From positions 158,162,001-158,226,000 of the forward strand of contig OX597817.1 of assembly GCA_951406725.2 (NCBI GenBank): a stretch of DNA of 64,000 nucleotides. Reading direction: 5' to 3'. The notes beneath the pieces are model-generated. The model searched no databases, was not told the origin of the DNA, and saw only the letters and a program-made list of their open reading frames with translations. Below, one piece after another: positions 45,435-60,411 of this stretch. The translations under genes were made by a program, and so were the position numbers. How positions within the stretch are numbered: the first letter of the stretch is position 1; the number at the start of each line of letters is the position of its first letter. The DNA is from Octopus vulgaris (taxonomy: Eukaryota).

Positions 45435-48400
45435 CTGAGAGAAAGAAATGGTTAACACAGGATTATAAATTAGAACAACAACACTTCTCCAAAACTATGA
45501 AATTCAGTGTTCTACCGTGTACATAAACAAGTACCAAAAAGGCATTTAAAACAAATTATACATTCACACTAATCTTATCTAATCTGGCCTTCAATAGTAA
45601 TGGCAAAGGAGGCGCAATGGCCCAGTGGTTAGGGCAGCGGACTCGCGGTCGTAGGATCGCGGTTTCGATTCCCAGACCGGGCATTGTGAGTGTTTATTGA
45701 GCGAAAACACCTAAAGCTCCACGAGGCTCCGGCAGGGGGTGGTGGTGAACCCTGCTGTACTCTTTCACAAACTTTCTCTCGCTCTTTCTTCCTGTTTCTG
45801 TTGTACCTGTATTTCAAAGGGCCAGCCTTGTCACACTCTGTGTCACGCTGAATCTCCTTGAGAACTACGTTAAGGGTACACGTGTCTGTGGAGTGCTCAG
45901 CCACTTGCACGTTAATATCACGAGCAAGCTGTTCCGTTGATCGTATCAGCAGGGACCCTCATCGTCGCAACCGACGGACTGCTCCTATTAGTAATGGCAA
46001 AATGACAGACACCATGTTGTAATTGTAACACCTCCCTCAACATAAAAATGTAAATTTCCCAAAACGAAACTGAAAGAGGTTAAAAGGGAAACTTCAATAC
46101 CTTTTTCGGCTTGTTCTCACCATCTTCAGTCTGAAAAAGAGAGAAAAATGATTACATAACATTCGAATGAATGTATTTGATCAGGTATGGCTGTACGGTT
46201 AAGTTTGCTTTCTAACCACTGTGGGTTCAGTCCCACTACATGGCACTTTGGGCAAGTATTTTTTTTTCTATAACCCCAGGCTGACAAAAGCCTTGTGTGT
46301 GCATTTGGTAGATGGAAACTGAAAGAAGCCATTGTGAGTGTGTGTTGATTTTGCCTTTCATCATTTAAAGGGGCAATAAAATAAGTATCGAAATTGATCA
46401 AAAATCAATGGAAATTGTAGTTGTGATACCAGTGCCATGAAAAAGAAGCATCCAAACGTAGCCGTTGCCAGCGCCGCCTTGACTGGCTTCTGTGCCAGTG
46501 GCACGTAAAAAGCACCCACTACACTCACAGAGTGGTTGGCGTTAGGAAGGGCATCCAGCTGTAGAAACACTGCCAGATCAGACTGGAGGCTGGTGCAGCC
46601 TCCTGGCTTCCCAGGCCCTGGTCAAACCATCCAACCCATGCCAGCATGGAAAGCAGACGTTAAACGATGATGATGATCAGTTGAGCACTGGGGTCAACGT
46701 AATCGATTTACCCTTTCCCCAAAACTGCTGGCCTTGCGCCAAAATTTGAAGTCAATATTTGGCATGATTGTTTTAAACAGCCTTCATCATAAAAGCATCT
46801 CTAGGAACCGTTGAACAGAACTTGAATAAATGAATATTAATTTGATATTCATCCAATGTTCTAGAAAACACTTATGCTACAGTGATATAGTACTATGCCT
46901 ACACAAGTGGAAGACCAGATTCATAAATTTCAAAATGGTAGGCTGACTAAATTTTATGAATTACAACAGTGAAGGTGTGTGGCCGAGCATACCAAACATA
47001 ATCCTACAGCAAAATCTTTATAGAAAAAAAACTACATAATTCCCATATCCTGGAAGAATTGAAACATCTAAAAATGTTTTTAAAGAAAGCACAGCTTACA
47101 GGCTTTATACGTGGTCTTCCTCTAGATTTCTTTACCATATCCTAAGAAAGTAAAGAAAAGGCACAAATAACTAAATGAATGAAAAGTTTATCATTTCAGA
47201 AATAGTGCACCCAGTATGGAAAGAAAATGTTACAACCCATTAACCCTTTCGTTACTAACCCGGCCGGGTAAAATTTTTTGGTTCATAATACCAACCCGGC
47301 CGTAGCCGGCTGAGAGAACTTGTTATTTAAATGTAAATTTGAACCTAAATCTCGTTGGTACATTCGTTAAAACATGTGATTTCACTTTGTAAATAGTTGG
47401 CTTATAGTATCCGACATTGCTTGACGTGATACCTCAACTCAGTGAATTTTGGGAGATTTCTTTCCACATTTTTTTCGGCATCGATTTTTCTTCAACTTTG
47501 AAAATGGATAGGAGTTTCATGTTATCAAGCATTGATTCCGAATTTAAAGCTTTTTCAACAGAAAATAGGGAGATATCGAGAAAAAGAATGAATGAGGTCC
47601 AAAAGCACGTGGTGTACAATAATGAATAGGATATTTTTTTATCCGTTAACCGAAAGCAGCGATTCCGAAGAAACAAAGCAGCGTTGGCGACAGCTAAGAC
47701 GACTTTACATCGGAATGAAGTAAAAAACTTTAAAAATGTTTTTATTAGCAATTTTTCTGAGGAGATAGAGTTTATCTATAATCTTTCTTAGGAAGCGAAA
47801 CCATTAGACTTTATCTTTTTCAGTATGCTTGTTTGGAGTGATCACTGTGGAAGCAAACTGTTTCGCAGATTGTAAACAAACACAAAATGGGGGATTAAAG
47901 TTCGGAAAATTTGTGAAGTAAATACTGGGTACTGCATGGATTAAGTTTTTATACAGGGAAACTAATGTTAGTCAGCATGGCTTAGGGAACAATGTGGTCT
48001 GGAATTTATCACTTCCATACCATAACCAGGGCCGTATATTATTTTTTGACCGATTTCTTTAGTTCGGTCAAACTTGCGGTGGATTCTAGTATTTCAGTTT
48101 ATTCCACCTTTATGGTACACCTGTTGTGCATTAAATTCAACTGATGATCTAGTGATGTGCACAATTCTTCTTTATCAAAATTTTGTTGCATACCCATTTG
48201 AATATTAGCTGATGATTCATTTTCTATGGTGATGTTTAAACAAAATTTTAATATTTTTACCTTTTGCTCATTTTAAAATTTTAATATTTTTACCTTTTGC
48301 TCAATTTACCTGTAATTAAAGTCACTTTGAGACAAAAGTTATGCAATAGAATTGATTAAGAACCCTTTCTTTAATTATGTTCCAAATATCACATTAATAT

Positions 48401-51400
48401 GTTGATAAGTAAAAAAGTTACAGTTATTTAATGAAACAAGCCTAAATTCATGATTATTTTAGAATTTAATTGAAACTCATGAGGGGTGTATTTTGGTCAG
48501 AAATATAGTAACGAAAGGGTTAATTAGACAAAACTCTTCTGGACTCTGTACAACGGACAATTAAGTCCAGGACAAAAGGAATACCAGACATAAAGGCCGG
48601 TTACTACATGCCAAAAGAGCCTACAAAATGGGATGTAAAAGAATAAAATCTCTGATGCAAAAGTTAGGTGCTGCTGTGGTTTTAACTTTCACTGCAGAAG
48701 GGAAGAGAAACAACTGTGCTTGTGAGTGTGACCAAGGGTGTGATGTGGTCTTGAAATTATTACTCTCTTGCAATTGCTGCAGTGTTCTTAGCAAAACACT
48801 CCATTTCACTCCACTCCAGCCCACTCAGCTGTAACCCTACCTGCAAAGGAGTAATCTTCCAATCAAAGGGAATGTTGGCCTGCTCATCGAGCCAGTACAG
48901 TAGCATCATTTAAAAGCTAAAACAATGCAAAGCACACTGTGATCAGCAATTCATAACAATATTTGTTTGGTCAATCACATGATCACAACAGTGAAGTAAA
49001 GGACTTTGGAAGAAAAATACTACAAATTTTTAGAAATAAAACTCCAGATAATTTTGTGAACAAATCTTCAAATTTGTGCTTTTGTACATATGGTTGCCAA
49101 AATAACCATTCTGAAGTACAAATGAGGTACTTACAATGCTCTCAAACATGCATCTACCGTCTTCAGAGAAATACCATCACTAAACATGACAAGGTTTAAC
49201 TTTTTAGCATTTATATAAGCCATATCCAGCCAAAATATTCCACCTGTTTTATGTTCAAACTGTGGCACGTAAAAAGCACCCACTACACTCACGGAGTGGT
49301 TGGCATTAGGAAGGGCATCCAGCTGTAGAAACACTGCCAGATCAAACTGGAGCCTGGTGCAGCCTCCTGGCTTCCCAGACCCCGATCGAACTGTCCAACC
49401 CATGCTAGCATGGAAAATGGACATTAAACAATGATGATGATAGCCTGATTTAGGATCTTACACCAATCCTACAATATCATTCTAAAAATTAACAGATTCC
49501 TCATCAAAATCTCAAAGCCATGAAATATACAGGATTAATTCAAAACAATCTGAATAGACAAGCATTACTTTTGACAGCACAAAAGGGCACCACATTGCAG
49601 AATAACTAGGTCTGAATAAAAAAATAGTTTTGTCATAGCTAGTGACCTTTTAAATCATAGATTTGCTGTGACTAAATACTAACATTCAAGTCAATCTAAT
49701 CTAAAGAGAAAATAGACTTACTGCATTTTTGCGTGGTCTGCCCCTTGGTCTTTTTTCTTTATGCACCATCTGGAAAAACAAATAAATCACATAAGTAATG
49801 TATAACAAATTAACTAATAATGAAAAAACAACAAATTCAATAATAAAGACAAATTGAACACTATTTAGATTTAATCTACAAACTGGATATATAAATGACA
49901 TTTTATATGCTCTGACTAGCAAGAAACGTATTCTGCTCAGGCCCTTTTTTCTCACATTCTCGAATAAAGCTCCTACACCCCACCCAGGGTTCATAATCTT
50001 GCAAGCTACATGGTGACCTCACTAGTGCTGGGTGGTAAAAAAAAAAAAAAAGCACCAATTATACACTGTGAAGTGGTTGGCATTAGGAAACCATGCTAAA
50101 GCAGACACTGGAGCATAATGCAATTCTTGGGTCCATCAGATCCTGTCAAACTGTCCAATCCATGCCAGCATGGAAGGTGGACATTCAATGATGATTGTTT
50201 GTACCAAACTCAACTTCAAAAGAACAAAATATGGCTACTTTGGTAATAGTAGTCATAACGAACTAAAATCTGGTGCTAGTGGTACTGTATTATTTGTGTT
50301 TAATTTTAGAATGGCACACTGTTTTACTTTTGTCATCCTCAGTTATAAACAAATTTTAAAATTCCTTCCTAAAAGATATTTCTGATTCTAATATGGAACA
50401 TTTGATTAGAAATAGAAAGCTATTTTGTTTAAAAACATCTCCTTTATTTCCATCCAATTTCCCTGAGGATATGTGCCTAATGGCATACTTCTGAAAATCT
50501 GAACACTGATAGGAGTTACTGAAGCAAAACCACTCATTAATTACTATTAGACATTTATTTTAATTAGAGATATAGTGATGAAAGAGTTACAAGAACCAAT
50601 TTATACTACAATACCTAGCATACCAAACATAATCCTACAGCAAAATCTTTATAGAAAAAAAACTACATAATTCCCATATCCTGGAAGAATTGAAACACAT
50701 CTAAAAATGTTTTTAAAGAAAGCACAACTTACAGGCTTTATACGTGGTCTTCCTCTAGGTTTCTTTACCTTGTTATGATCCTAAGAAAGTAAAGAAAAGG
50801 CACAAATAACTAAATGAATAAAAAATTTATCATTTCAGAAATAGTGCACCCAGTATGGAAAGAAAATGTTACAACCCATTAATTATACAAGACTCTTCTG
50901 GACTCTGTACAACGGACAATTAAGTCCAGGACAAAAAGAATACCAGACATGAAGGCCGGTTACTACAGGCCAAAAGAGCCTACAAAATGGGATGTAAAAG
51001 AATAAAATCTCTGATGCAAAAGTTAGGTGCTGCTGTGGTTTTAACTTTCACTGCAGAAGGGAAGAGAAACAACTGTGCTTGTGAGTGTGACCAAGGGTAT
51101 GATGTGGTCTTGAAATTATTACTCTCATATCATAACTGAAGCTGAATATTAAATTTTGATCAGTTCCACAGTTCAATCAGGCATGTAGAGGATTTAACTG
51201 TGACAACATACAAATGATACAGTTTTAAAAATAAAAAGGTAATCTAACAGCAGAAAGGAAATTTGCTACTGACTGCACAGATATAAGAGGTAAATTCATT
51301 CTCTGTCTACATATGCATGACATATGAATGAAAATGGTACACCATTTGCAAATATCAATTACAATGGTAACATAGACTGTATAGATTGGTTGAATCAGAT

Positions 51401-52644
51401 GAGAAGCTGTAACTTGGGCAGTAAGTAGTGGTAATACTTGGTTTAATATACAGTAAATATGAATATTTTCAATGATTATTTACTATATACTGAATAAATG
51501 AAGCTCAAAAGTAATACAACCATTTGCAGTTTTCAAGTTGATGTTGCAGTGCAATTGAGAACAAATCATTTGTAAAAAAATTATAAAATAACGAGGGAAG
51601 GTGGAGAGTCAGTTGAGAGAAAGGAAAAAAGTCTGAAAGAAGGATATAACTTTAAATTCAGCCAACCTCTGTAAAACAAGAGGGAAAGGGAAACAAATTC
51701 AAAGATTGCAAGATTGGGTGCAGAGAATATGATTTCCCAGTTGTATTCTGCAAATGCTTACAGTAGGAAAAAGAAAACACCTGATGAGCAGTCAACTGAA
51801 ACAACTTTCTGCTGTACATATTCTGCAAGAATGCATTATGAATGGAGGATATTCTACATTTTTCCATGAAATTTTGATTGGCACGACTGCAAGGTTAAAA
51901 AGCTTGCTTTGTAACTTCATGGACTCAAAGTTCAATTCCAATACAACACAGTACTGGGCAAGTATCTTTTACCTTAGCCTCATGTTCAATAATAACTCGC
52001 AAGTAGAATTTGGTAGAGGGAAATTGTGTGAAAACTCGAATGTGTATGTATATCAGTGTATACACACACAAACATATATATATATATTTACACTTTATAG
52101 ATTTATATTGGTGTAGGAAATAAACACCAAGAAAACAAAAAAAAAGAAAAATACTTTACAGGTGAAGTTCCTTGCATTAGGTTTCACACTCCATCAAAAA
52201 TACACAGTAAATCAGGGATTGTCCAATTGGAAACATGTAACCAACAACACTAGTGTTCACAAATTGCTATAAAAAGTATCATATCAATTTTCATTTTATA
52301 AAACAAACTTTTTTTAAAAGCTATTTTACCTTTATGCGTAGCCTGTATTACAGGCTCGAGCTCCCCTGAAAATGCAACAATTCATCTACTTAATGTATAT
52401 GAATACTAGCTAATTCATTTCTATCACTTACCTTTTTTTCATGTTACTTATGTAATCAGAGATGGTACTAGATTTGCATATATTAAATACTCTTCCCTCA
52501 TCCACCCATCACAAACCTATGGTTCCGGGTTCAGTCCCACTGCGTGACACCTTGGGTAAGTGTCTTCTACTATAGCCCTGGGCTGACCAAAGCCTTGTGA
52601 GTGGATTTGGTAGACGTAAACTGAAAGAAGCTCGTCATATATAA

Positions 52645-52722
<78 letters not shown>

Positions 52723-55700
52723 CTATATGCTTGTGTATCTGTGTTTGTCCCCTCAACATCGCTTGACAACCGATGCTGGTGTGTTTACGCCCCCATAACT
52801 TGGCAATTCAACAAAAGAGACTGGCAGAATAAGTACTAGGCTTACAAAGAATAAGTCCTGGGGTTGATGCTCCAGCATGGCCACAGTCAAATGACTGAAA
52901 CAAGTAAAAGAGTAACTATGGTACCTGTTACACTCTTACCATCACACTTTTCAACTGGATTGGATTGAATTACTTGTGTTCAGTCCACTGCAAAATGAGG
53001 GCCTCAGTATGTTCTCTCCACCAGAGAATAGTTTGAGATCATGCTGGTCTGATGAGCCTACACTACCACAACAACCCAACATGGTTTGGCAAAGGGAGGC
53101 AGATTTTTGTACTCATACCCAGGAGTAAAGCTGATTACATTGACCCCAGTGCTCAACTAGTACTTATTTTATTGACTCCAAAAGGATGAAAGGCAAAGTT
53201 GACCTCATAACAGAAAGATAGATGAAATACTGCTAAGCACTTTGCCTGGCTCACTGCCATTTCTATGCTTCCAGTAATCACTCCATCCCTCCAGACCACG
53301 TTACAGATATCCCTCACTCACTCTTATCATTGTCCACCTTTATTTCTCGCCTTTTCTATCTCTCCCAACCATCATATTCCTGCTTCTTTTATCTTAGTTA
53401 TTCTGTCACAGATCTACTTATTGTTTTACTCAACCAGATTGCCTTGAGCAAAACACATCCTACAGTAGCAAGGACTCTACTTGAGTATAAGGCCACTTCA
53501 CAAAGGCTGATGCCATAATAAAATGCACCCAACTAACATTGTAAAGTAACCAGTGAGTAGAGACAATTTAAGTCACGAGAACCCTTTAGTCTAGTTGAGG
53601 AGATGACAATGACCCTAGTTTTGGCATCATGACAAAATACACCAAGTACACTGTAAAGTGGTTGGTGATAGAGGGGGCATCAAGCTATAGAAACCAAGCC
53701 AAAAATGACATACAAGCAAGATGTGGCCCTTCAACCTGTCTAAGAGAGTAGTAATTCTGAATAAGAACTGGCTTGAGTTGTGATAACCCTCCTAACCAAT
53801 GCCAACATGGAAAGTGGATATTGATGTAAATATGATGATGAACTCATTCTAAAAGGTGATATTTAAACAAAATTTTAATAAACTTACATTTCAATGAATT
53901 TACCTGTAATTAGAGTAGATTTAAAAAGCAAAAAAGTTCCATCACAGATGGATGGAAGCACTCCGTCGGTTACGACGATGAGGGTTCCGGTTGATCCGAT
54001 CAACGGAACAGCCTGCTCGTGAAATTAACGTGTAAGTGGCTGAGCACTCCACAGACACGTGTACCCTTAACGTAGTTTTCGGGGATATTCAGCGTGACAC
54101 AGAGAGTGACAAGGCCGGCCCTTTGAAATACAGGTACAACAGAAACAGGAAGTAAGAGTGAGAGAAAGTTGTGGTGAAAGAGTACAGCAGGGATCACCAC
54201 CATGCCTGCCGGAGCCTCATGGAGCTTTAGGTGTTTTCGCTCAAACACTCACAACGCCCGGTCTGGGAATCGAAACCGCGATCCTACGACCGCGAGTCCG
54301 CTGACCTAACCACTGGGCCATTGCGCCTCCACTCCATCACAGATATATCTACATCATATACATAAAGACACTAAATTTATAAAAATGTACTCGGTTAAGC
54401 ATTATACAGCTTAATAAATATGTTTTCCACATTTCAAAAATAGTAACTACAATAATTAGCACAAATATTATAGAAGATATGCCTAAGTAGAAATTACAAG
54501 TTGTAATATAACTTACAACTGGATGAATTCTTGGCCTTCCTCTTGAACGACCTGTTGGAACCCACTGAAAAGGAAAATACAGAAGATTACTTTTTATGTA
54601 TTCATATAAATGAAGTTAATACAGCAAAATATTTACTAATATATTCATTAAATACTTGTAATCAATCTGCTTTTAAAATTCAAATTCTGCAATCATTTAC
54701 CTCATGATCATGTATATTTCATTACATTATACTTAAACTAGTAGTATTGCCCGGCGTTGCTGGGATTTGTAAGGGAAATAACTATACAGCATTTTTAGAG
54801 AGTTATAGCCAAAAAATAGCAAAAAAATGCACTAAAAATGGAAAAAATATGATGGTAAATTTTTTTTAAAATCGTTGACTCATCGTAGACATTTTTAGAG
54901 AGTTACTTCCCTTTAAAAAAATATGCATGAAAATGGAAAAAAATGATGGTAAATTATTTTTTAAATCGTAGACTCATCGTAGACGCACGCTAATACCCAG
55001 AAGGGCTAGATATGAATCACGACTATAAGATACCCGGTTTTGGTTAAACTGCACCGCAAAATGTGGGAGTAGTTAGGAATCTAAATCGAAGGGGACAGAC
55101 ACTCACACAACTACAGTTTTATATATAAAGATATCATCTTGATAGACTAAGCTTTGTGAAAAAACAAAGCAATATCTTAAATAATTGCAAACTATGTGGT
55201 TCGGGATTCAGTTCCACCGATAGGTTACCATGGACAAGTGTCTTCTACTATAACCCTGGGCCAACCAATGTCTTGTGAGTGAATCTGATACATGGAAATT
55301 GTGTGCGTCTCCTCACCACTGCTTGGTAACTGCGTTGGTTTGTTATGTCCTCACAACTTTAGAGGTTTAGCAAAAGAGACTGTCAGACTTTAAAAAAATA
55401 AGTACTGGGGTCAAATTGTTCAATTAAAACCCTTGAAAGCAGTTCTCCAGCATGGTCACAATTGAATGACTGAAACACGTAAAAAGAGAAGTCAATAACA
55501 ATACGAAGGCTTGCAACATTTGTTACACAAGTGCAGTATATTTTGCATTTTGATAAATTGCCAGATTTCTTGAAATCCCACATTCATCATCAGATCATTT
55601 ACTGTTCACATAATACAATTCCTGTCTGCTTAATCATTTCATACACATCATGGTAAATGTCCTTATTGATCCTACAATTAATTGAATATTTTTGTCATTA

Positions 55701-58700
55701 GAGTGCAGGAAACTCTGGATAGAGAGAGTACCTCTGAAGCATACCAAGCTGCTCCCTACCTGGCCGGGTGGACAGGCATCATTGGTTTTCACTCACTCCT
55801 TAAATCTCTTATGCACTGGTTCCAAGTGCCACACCCTGGTACCACACCTCAACTGGTGGGCTAAAGTACATGATATGTTGGCTAAGTGTCCAAGACTGAA
55901 AGCAACCCACACTATCTTTTATGAACCTCAGCTAGTAGACAAGAGAGACAGCTCCACTTATAGTCTCTTTCCTAAATACACATGGCTAGGCTTCAGGTCA
56001 GGACCCTGTCTCTGGAAAAACCACAAGCTAAGAAAACAGTGCAACAACTGTCTCCTGCTGGAGTCAGTAGGATGGTTACTGACTGATCCTGTCAGAATAC
56101 TTTGATTGTTTTATGCATCACCTGACGTGAAAGTACCCAAGTCTCAGTAAAATCATTTCATTAAAACCTTTTCATTAAAAGTAAAAGTTCTTGACACACC
56201 AACCAACAAAAAAACTGGTCATAGTATATTAAAATTATACATATATATAAACTAAACTACAGACACATTCAGAACATAATTCTTATGATGACATAACAAG
56301 ATATCAGTAAAATTTCATTATATACAGAAACACAAGTACATTTTTGACAGGAACTTGATTCCTGTCCAATGTACTTATGAAGCAAATTTGGTCCTGATGG
56401 GGTACTCAAACGCAGGGCAACAAAATATGGATGATTAAAGCAACTATTCCAGTTTAGTAATCTTCACAGCCCTTAAGATAATAAATAAACAAGAGTAACT
56501 ATATAATATGTATATATATGTACATACCTTCTTCTTTTCAGATTCTGGTTTCCTAGGTCTACCAGGACTTTTCTTAACTTTCACCTGAAAACAATAAAGA
56601 AAAATTCAAAACTATTGAAAGACATATTGAAGAGAACAGAATTAATGAATTTTTTTTTCACATTGAAATTCCTCCACCCCTTTCCATGACTTTTGTTTCT
56701 TTCTTATATCACCTATTTGCTACATGTTTCTGTCAAACTTTTGCTCAACTCATTTCATGTTATCCTCTAAGAATTACTCTATGCCTTCCTAATTTAATTA
56801 GACCTCAACAAAGTATGGTCTTCAAACATCTCTGCTAGATTTGTACTAATTGAATATCTATATGCATGCACAGTAGCGGGCACGGTTCTGCTAATCTGCA
56901 AACAGCTAATTAGTAAAGCTAACTTTTCCTTTAGTGGATTAGCATCTCTGCTAACTTTGGAAACAGTTAACAGACGAATTAGCTCAAGCTAAATTTAGTT
57001 CCGCAAACTTTAAATCTGCTAACAAAATTCATACATTTGTTCCTGTTTGTTGTGGGCATGTCTTGAAGCGTCCATCAGGCACGTTATTGTTTATGAAGGG
57101 CAACCATCATCATGTCAAGGTGATGGAGAAGGCCCAGCCAGAATAGTACACCTTGACTGTCATCTGATTTTGGCATGATACCTATGCTATGCTATACCGT
57201 TTAGATTTAACACTTTTTGTACAGTAAATAAAGTGTATGTTGACTGAAAAAAACTAATGCTTAATTTCATTTGTTCATTTAATTATTTGCGTACACCTTG
57301 ATCATCATTTGATCTTGGCATGCTATACCTTTTTGGAAAGCTCTATATCTAAGCTTCAACATGAAAAGTTCAGCTCTCTTGGTCTGTTTTTAAGGGTTTC
57401 AGAGCAAACCAAACTGAAGCTAAATTCGTATGATAAAAGTTAGCAGTTATAAGTTAGCTTTACCTTCTAATTTTTTTAGCGTTTGCGAGGCTAACTTTTT
57501 TAGTTAGACTAGCAGTTAGCAAAGCTAACTTTTTGGTTAGCTGTGCTCACCACTGTGCATGCACAATAATACACATGAACATAACAATGACAGAGGAAAA
57601 TTATCTAGGGATAATAACATTCATATGGAAAGAACATATGGCAATCAAGAAAACTTTTAATTAATGCAAACTCTTCTTGCATAAGTGGTTTACAAAAACT
57701 AAATAACACTACTTCATCTTAATTTCAATTTACTGAATAAACTTGTTTCCCGAAGTTCAGTTTTACATATAGACCATTTCCCTCTTTATCTGTGGACTTT
57801 TTGAAGCCATAGAAACGGTGATCATTTGATTTATAATCAAGAGAATTATGGCTTAAATTTTAAATGAGATATTAATAAAAGTTATAGTTGAGAAAGAAAA
57901 TACCTCAGTATTGTTATCTGTAGCATCATTGGACTCGGCCTAAAACAGAAGAACAGAAATTAAATCACACGAATACTAGTACCACCAATTTTGTTAAACA
58001 CCACTCCCTCATGTTATACCAGTAAGTTGTTGGTGATGATAATCCTACATATTGAGAATGACTGCCCACCAAATTCAACTTTTCTAGACCTTCATATAAC
58101 TATGCAGGTCAATACAAGATTCACAAGTTAAATAACACATTGAGCTTGAGTTGAGTTGTGAGAGAAGCAGCATCATGTTGATCACTTTGTAAAGCTTTCT
58201 CTGTTCAAGATTATTATTAAGGTTTCAACTTGTGCTGTGATGAATCTTTGAGCTCCATCAGTCACAATCCATCTTCACTTGTGTCGTTTATTTGCCGATG
58301 CTTTTCATTCATACACATTAGTGCTACATGTTTTCAACTTTGCATTATTGTTGAGATACTGCGATCAAATGTCTTGCCTCTTTCCTACCTGTGAAAAATT
58401 GTGCAAACCACGTGCTCACAAAACCATTGCAGCTTGTGTGGAGATGTGGATGAAGTTAGATTTTTATTTTTTAGTAAGCCTTGATCATACTCTGCATCGT
58501 GGCTGTTTGCCAGCCTGCTCTGGCCCCTATGCCGGTGGCATGTAAAAAAACACCCACTACACTCTCAGAGTGGTTGGCGTTAGGAAGGGCATCCAGCTGT
58601 AGAAACCCTGCCAGATCAGACTGGAGCCTGGTGTAGCCTCCTGGCTTACCAGACCCCGGTCGAACCGTCCAACCCATGCTAGCATGGAAAGCGGACGCTA

Positions 58701-60375
58701 AACGAAGATGATGATGATGATCCATGCATTCATATATGATACATTTTCCCAATTTTTTTTCAACCACCAGAGTAACTTGGCACTTATGAAAGAAAAGCTT
58801 TATATTACTCAGAATGTATGAGGCAAGGCCTAGCTAAAAACTTAAAAACAAGCATGGCCATTTGGGAGAAACTTATAAAAATGCTTTGGACAGGCAAAGG
58901 GTTAAACCACACATCACTATATTTCCAACAAATTGCTTACACAATTCAGTTAACTTCAAAACAGTTCAAAAGGGAGGCAAGGTATTATTAACTTTTTAAT
59001 TAACATCTTAAAAGACAAAGGTTACCCACTGTAATATGTTGTTTTGTATAATAAATTTTTTAACAAAATGTCTTAATTGAAATATGAACCCTTTTGTTAC
59101 CCTATTCCTGTTAAATTACTTTGCCTTTGTTTCAATTAATTTTGAAAATAGTTAAGAATTTAATAAAATGACTTTGCCATAATTAAGATGGTGTTTGGAA
59201 CATAAATTAACATTTCCATTAAAATTAAATGTTAAGATCACTTTAAACAAGAAATTTGCATCATAGAACTAGGTACAGATAGGCAGGTTGGTATCAAGAG
59301 CTAATACAAATATGAGACAGCTAGGTACCAAACTGGTAAATGAAAGAATAGTCAATGACAATAAAAATACCAGTATATATTATTATTGAGGAATCAGAGT
59401 GTAAAAACTACTCAATATTTGCACTGTTACACAACGTACATAAAACATAAGGTGGAGGAGTGGACCAATGTAATTGCACATACAACAGCATAAAATACCA
59501 AAAGTATCAATGTAATACTAGTGAAAGTATAGATATTCAAAACATGGCTTAGATTAATGCACCACTGAAAACCCAGATCATTAAGCCAATCACAAATTAA
59601 AAGCTCTATGTCCAAAAGGAGAATTTTCTCCAAGGGCTAATTCCACAGCAAAAGGCCTTCTCATGTCCAAATACACCCAGACATGTTAAATAAGATTTTA
59701 CATGGCTATATTTTATATAACACTGTTTCATGAAACATTATGTAATTCTGGTTTGACCAAGCTTTATGTACTTCATTGTTTTAATAAGAATAATTTCATA
59801 CTTCACAGGCTGTGAATGACAGATTTGGTTTTTGTAGTTGATGAAGCAACTACAAAAGATGCAGAAATGCATGCATCTCACAATCTGATGACAACCTAAG
59901 ATACCATTTTGCACATGTCTAGGAAGATAATTTGCTCCTGGGACTAGTTATGCAGTGAAAGGTCTTCTCATGTTCAAATACACTTGAACACATTAAATAT
60001 GACCTCACACAAATATTTTATTCACTACTGCTTTGTGCAACATTATTCATATAGTTTACATAAACCAAATAAAAAATGTCACACACAACCCATAGTGGAA
60101 CACAGATATGGTTAACAGTGTGGATACAAATGTTATGAACAAAAGGAATGGCACAGTAAAATCAATAAAGTGACATTCAACCTGCTGTCTGCTTATCCCT
60201 TTTGATCCCAATCTGCAATTTGGTTTTATGATACACAACTGCTTGTTTTAGTGTTCATATCTAAATCAAAGCTTTCATAATTTCTTGCAAAAAACATATT
60301 ACAAACACCAAGTACAAAATTTAGTAACTATGGTCAATATTTCATCATCATCATGGGCCACAAAAGAGTCGTCAT

Positions 60376-60411
<36 letters not shown>

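Noticed and set aside
51781-51816. CTGATGAG-CAG-TCAA-CTG-AAAC hammerhead-like string
   Set aside because: Stem II overlaps the GAAA, and no convincing stem I or III can be drawn.
53888-53903. 16-nt candidate micro-exon, plus candidates at ~52432-52467 and ~49135-49179 on the minus strand
   Set aside because: Phases are incompatible with the all-phase-0 AT-hook gene or they contain stops; cannot be supported without transcripts.
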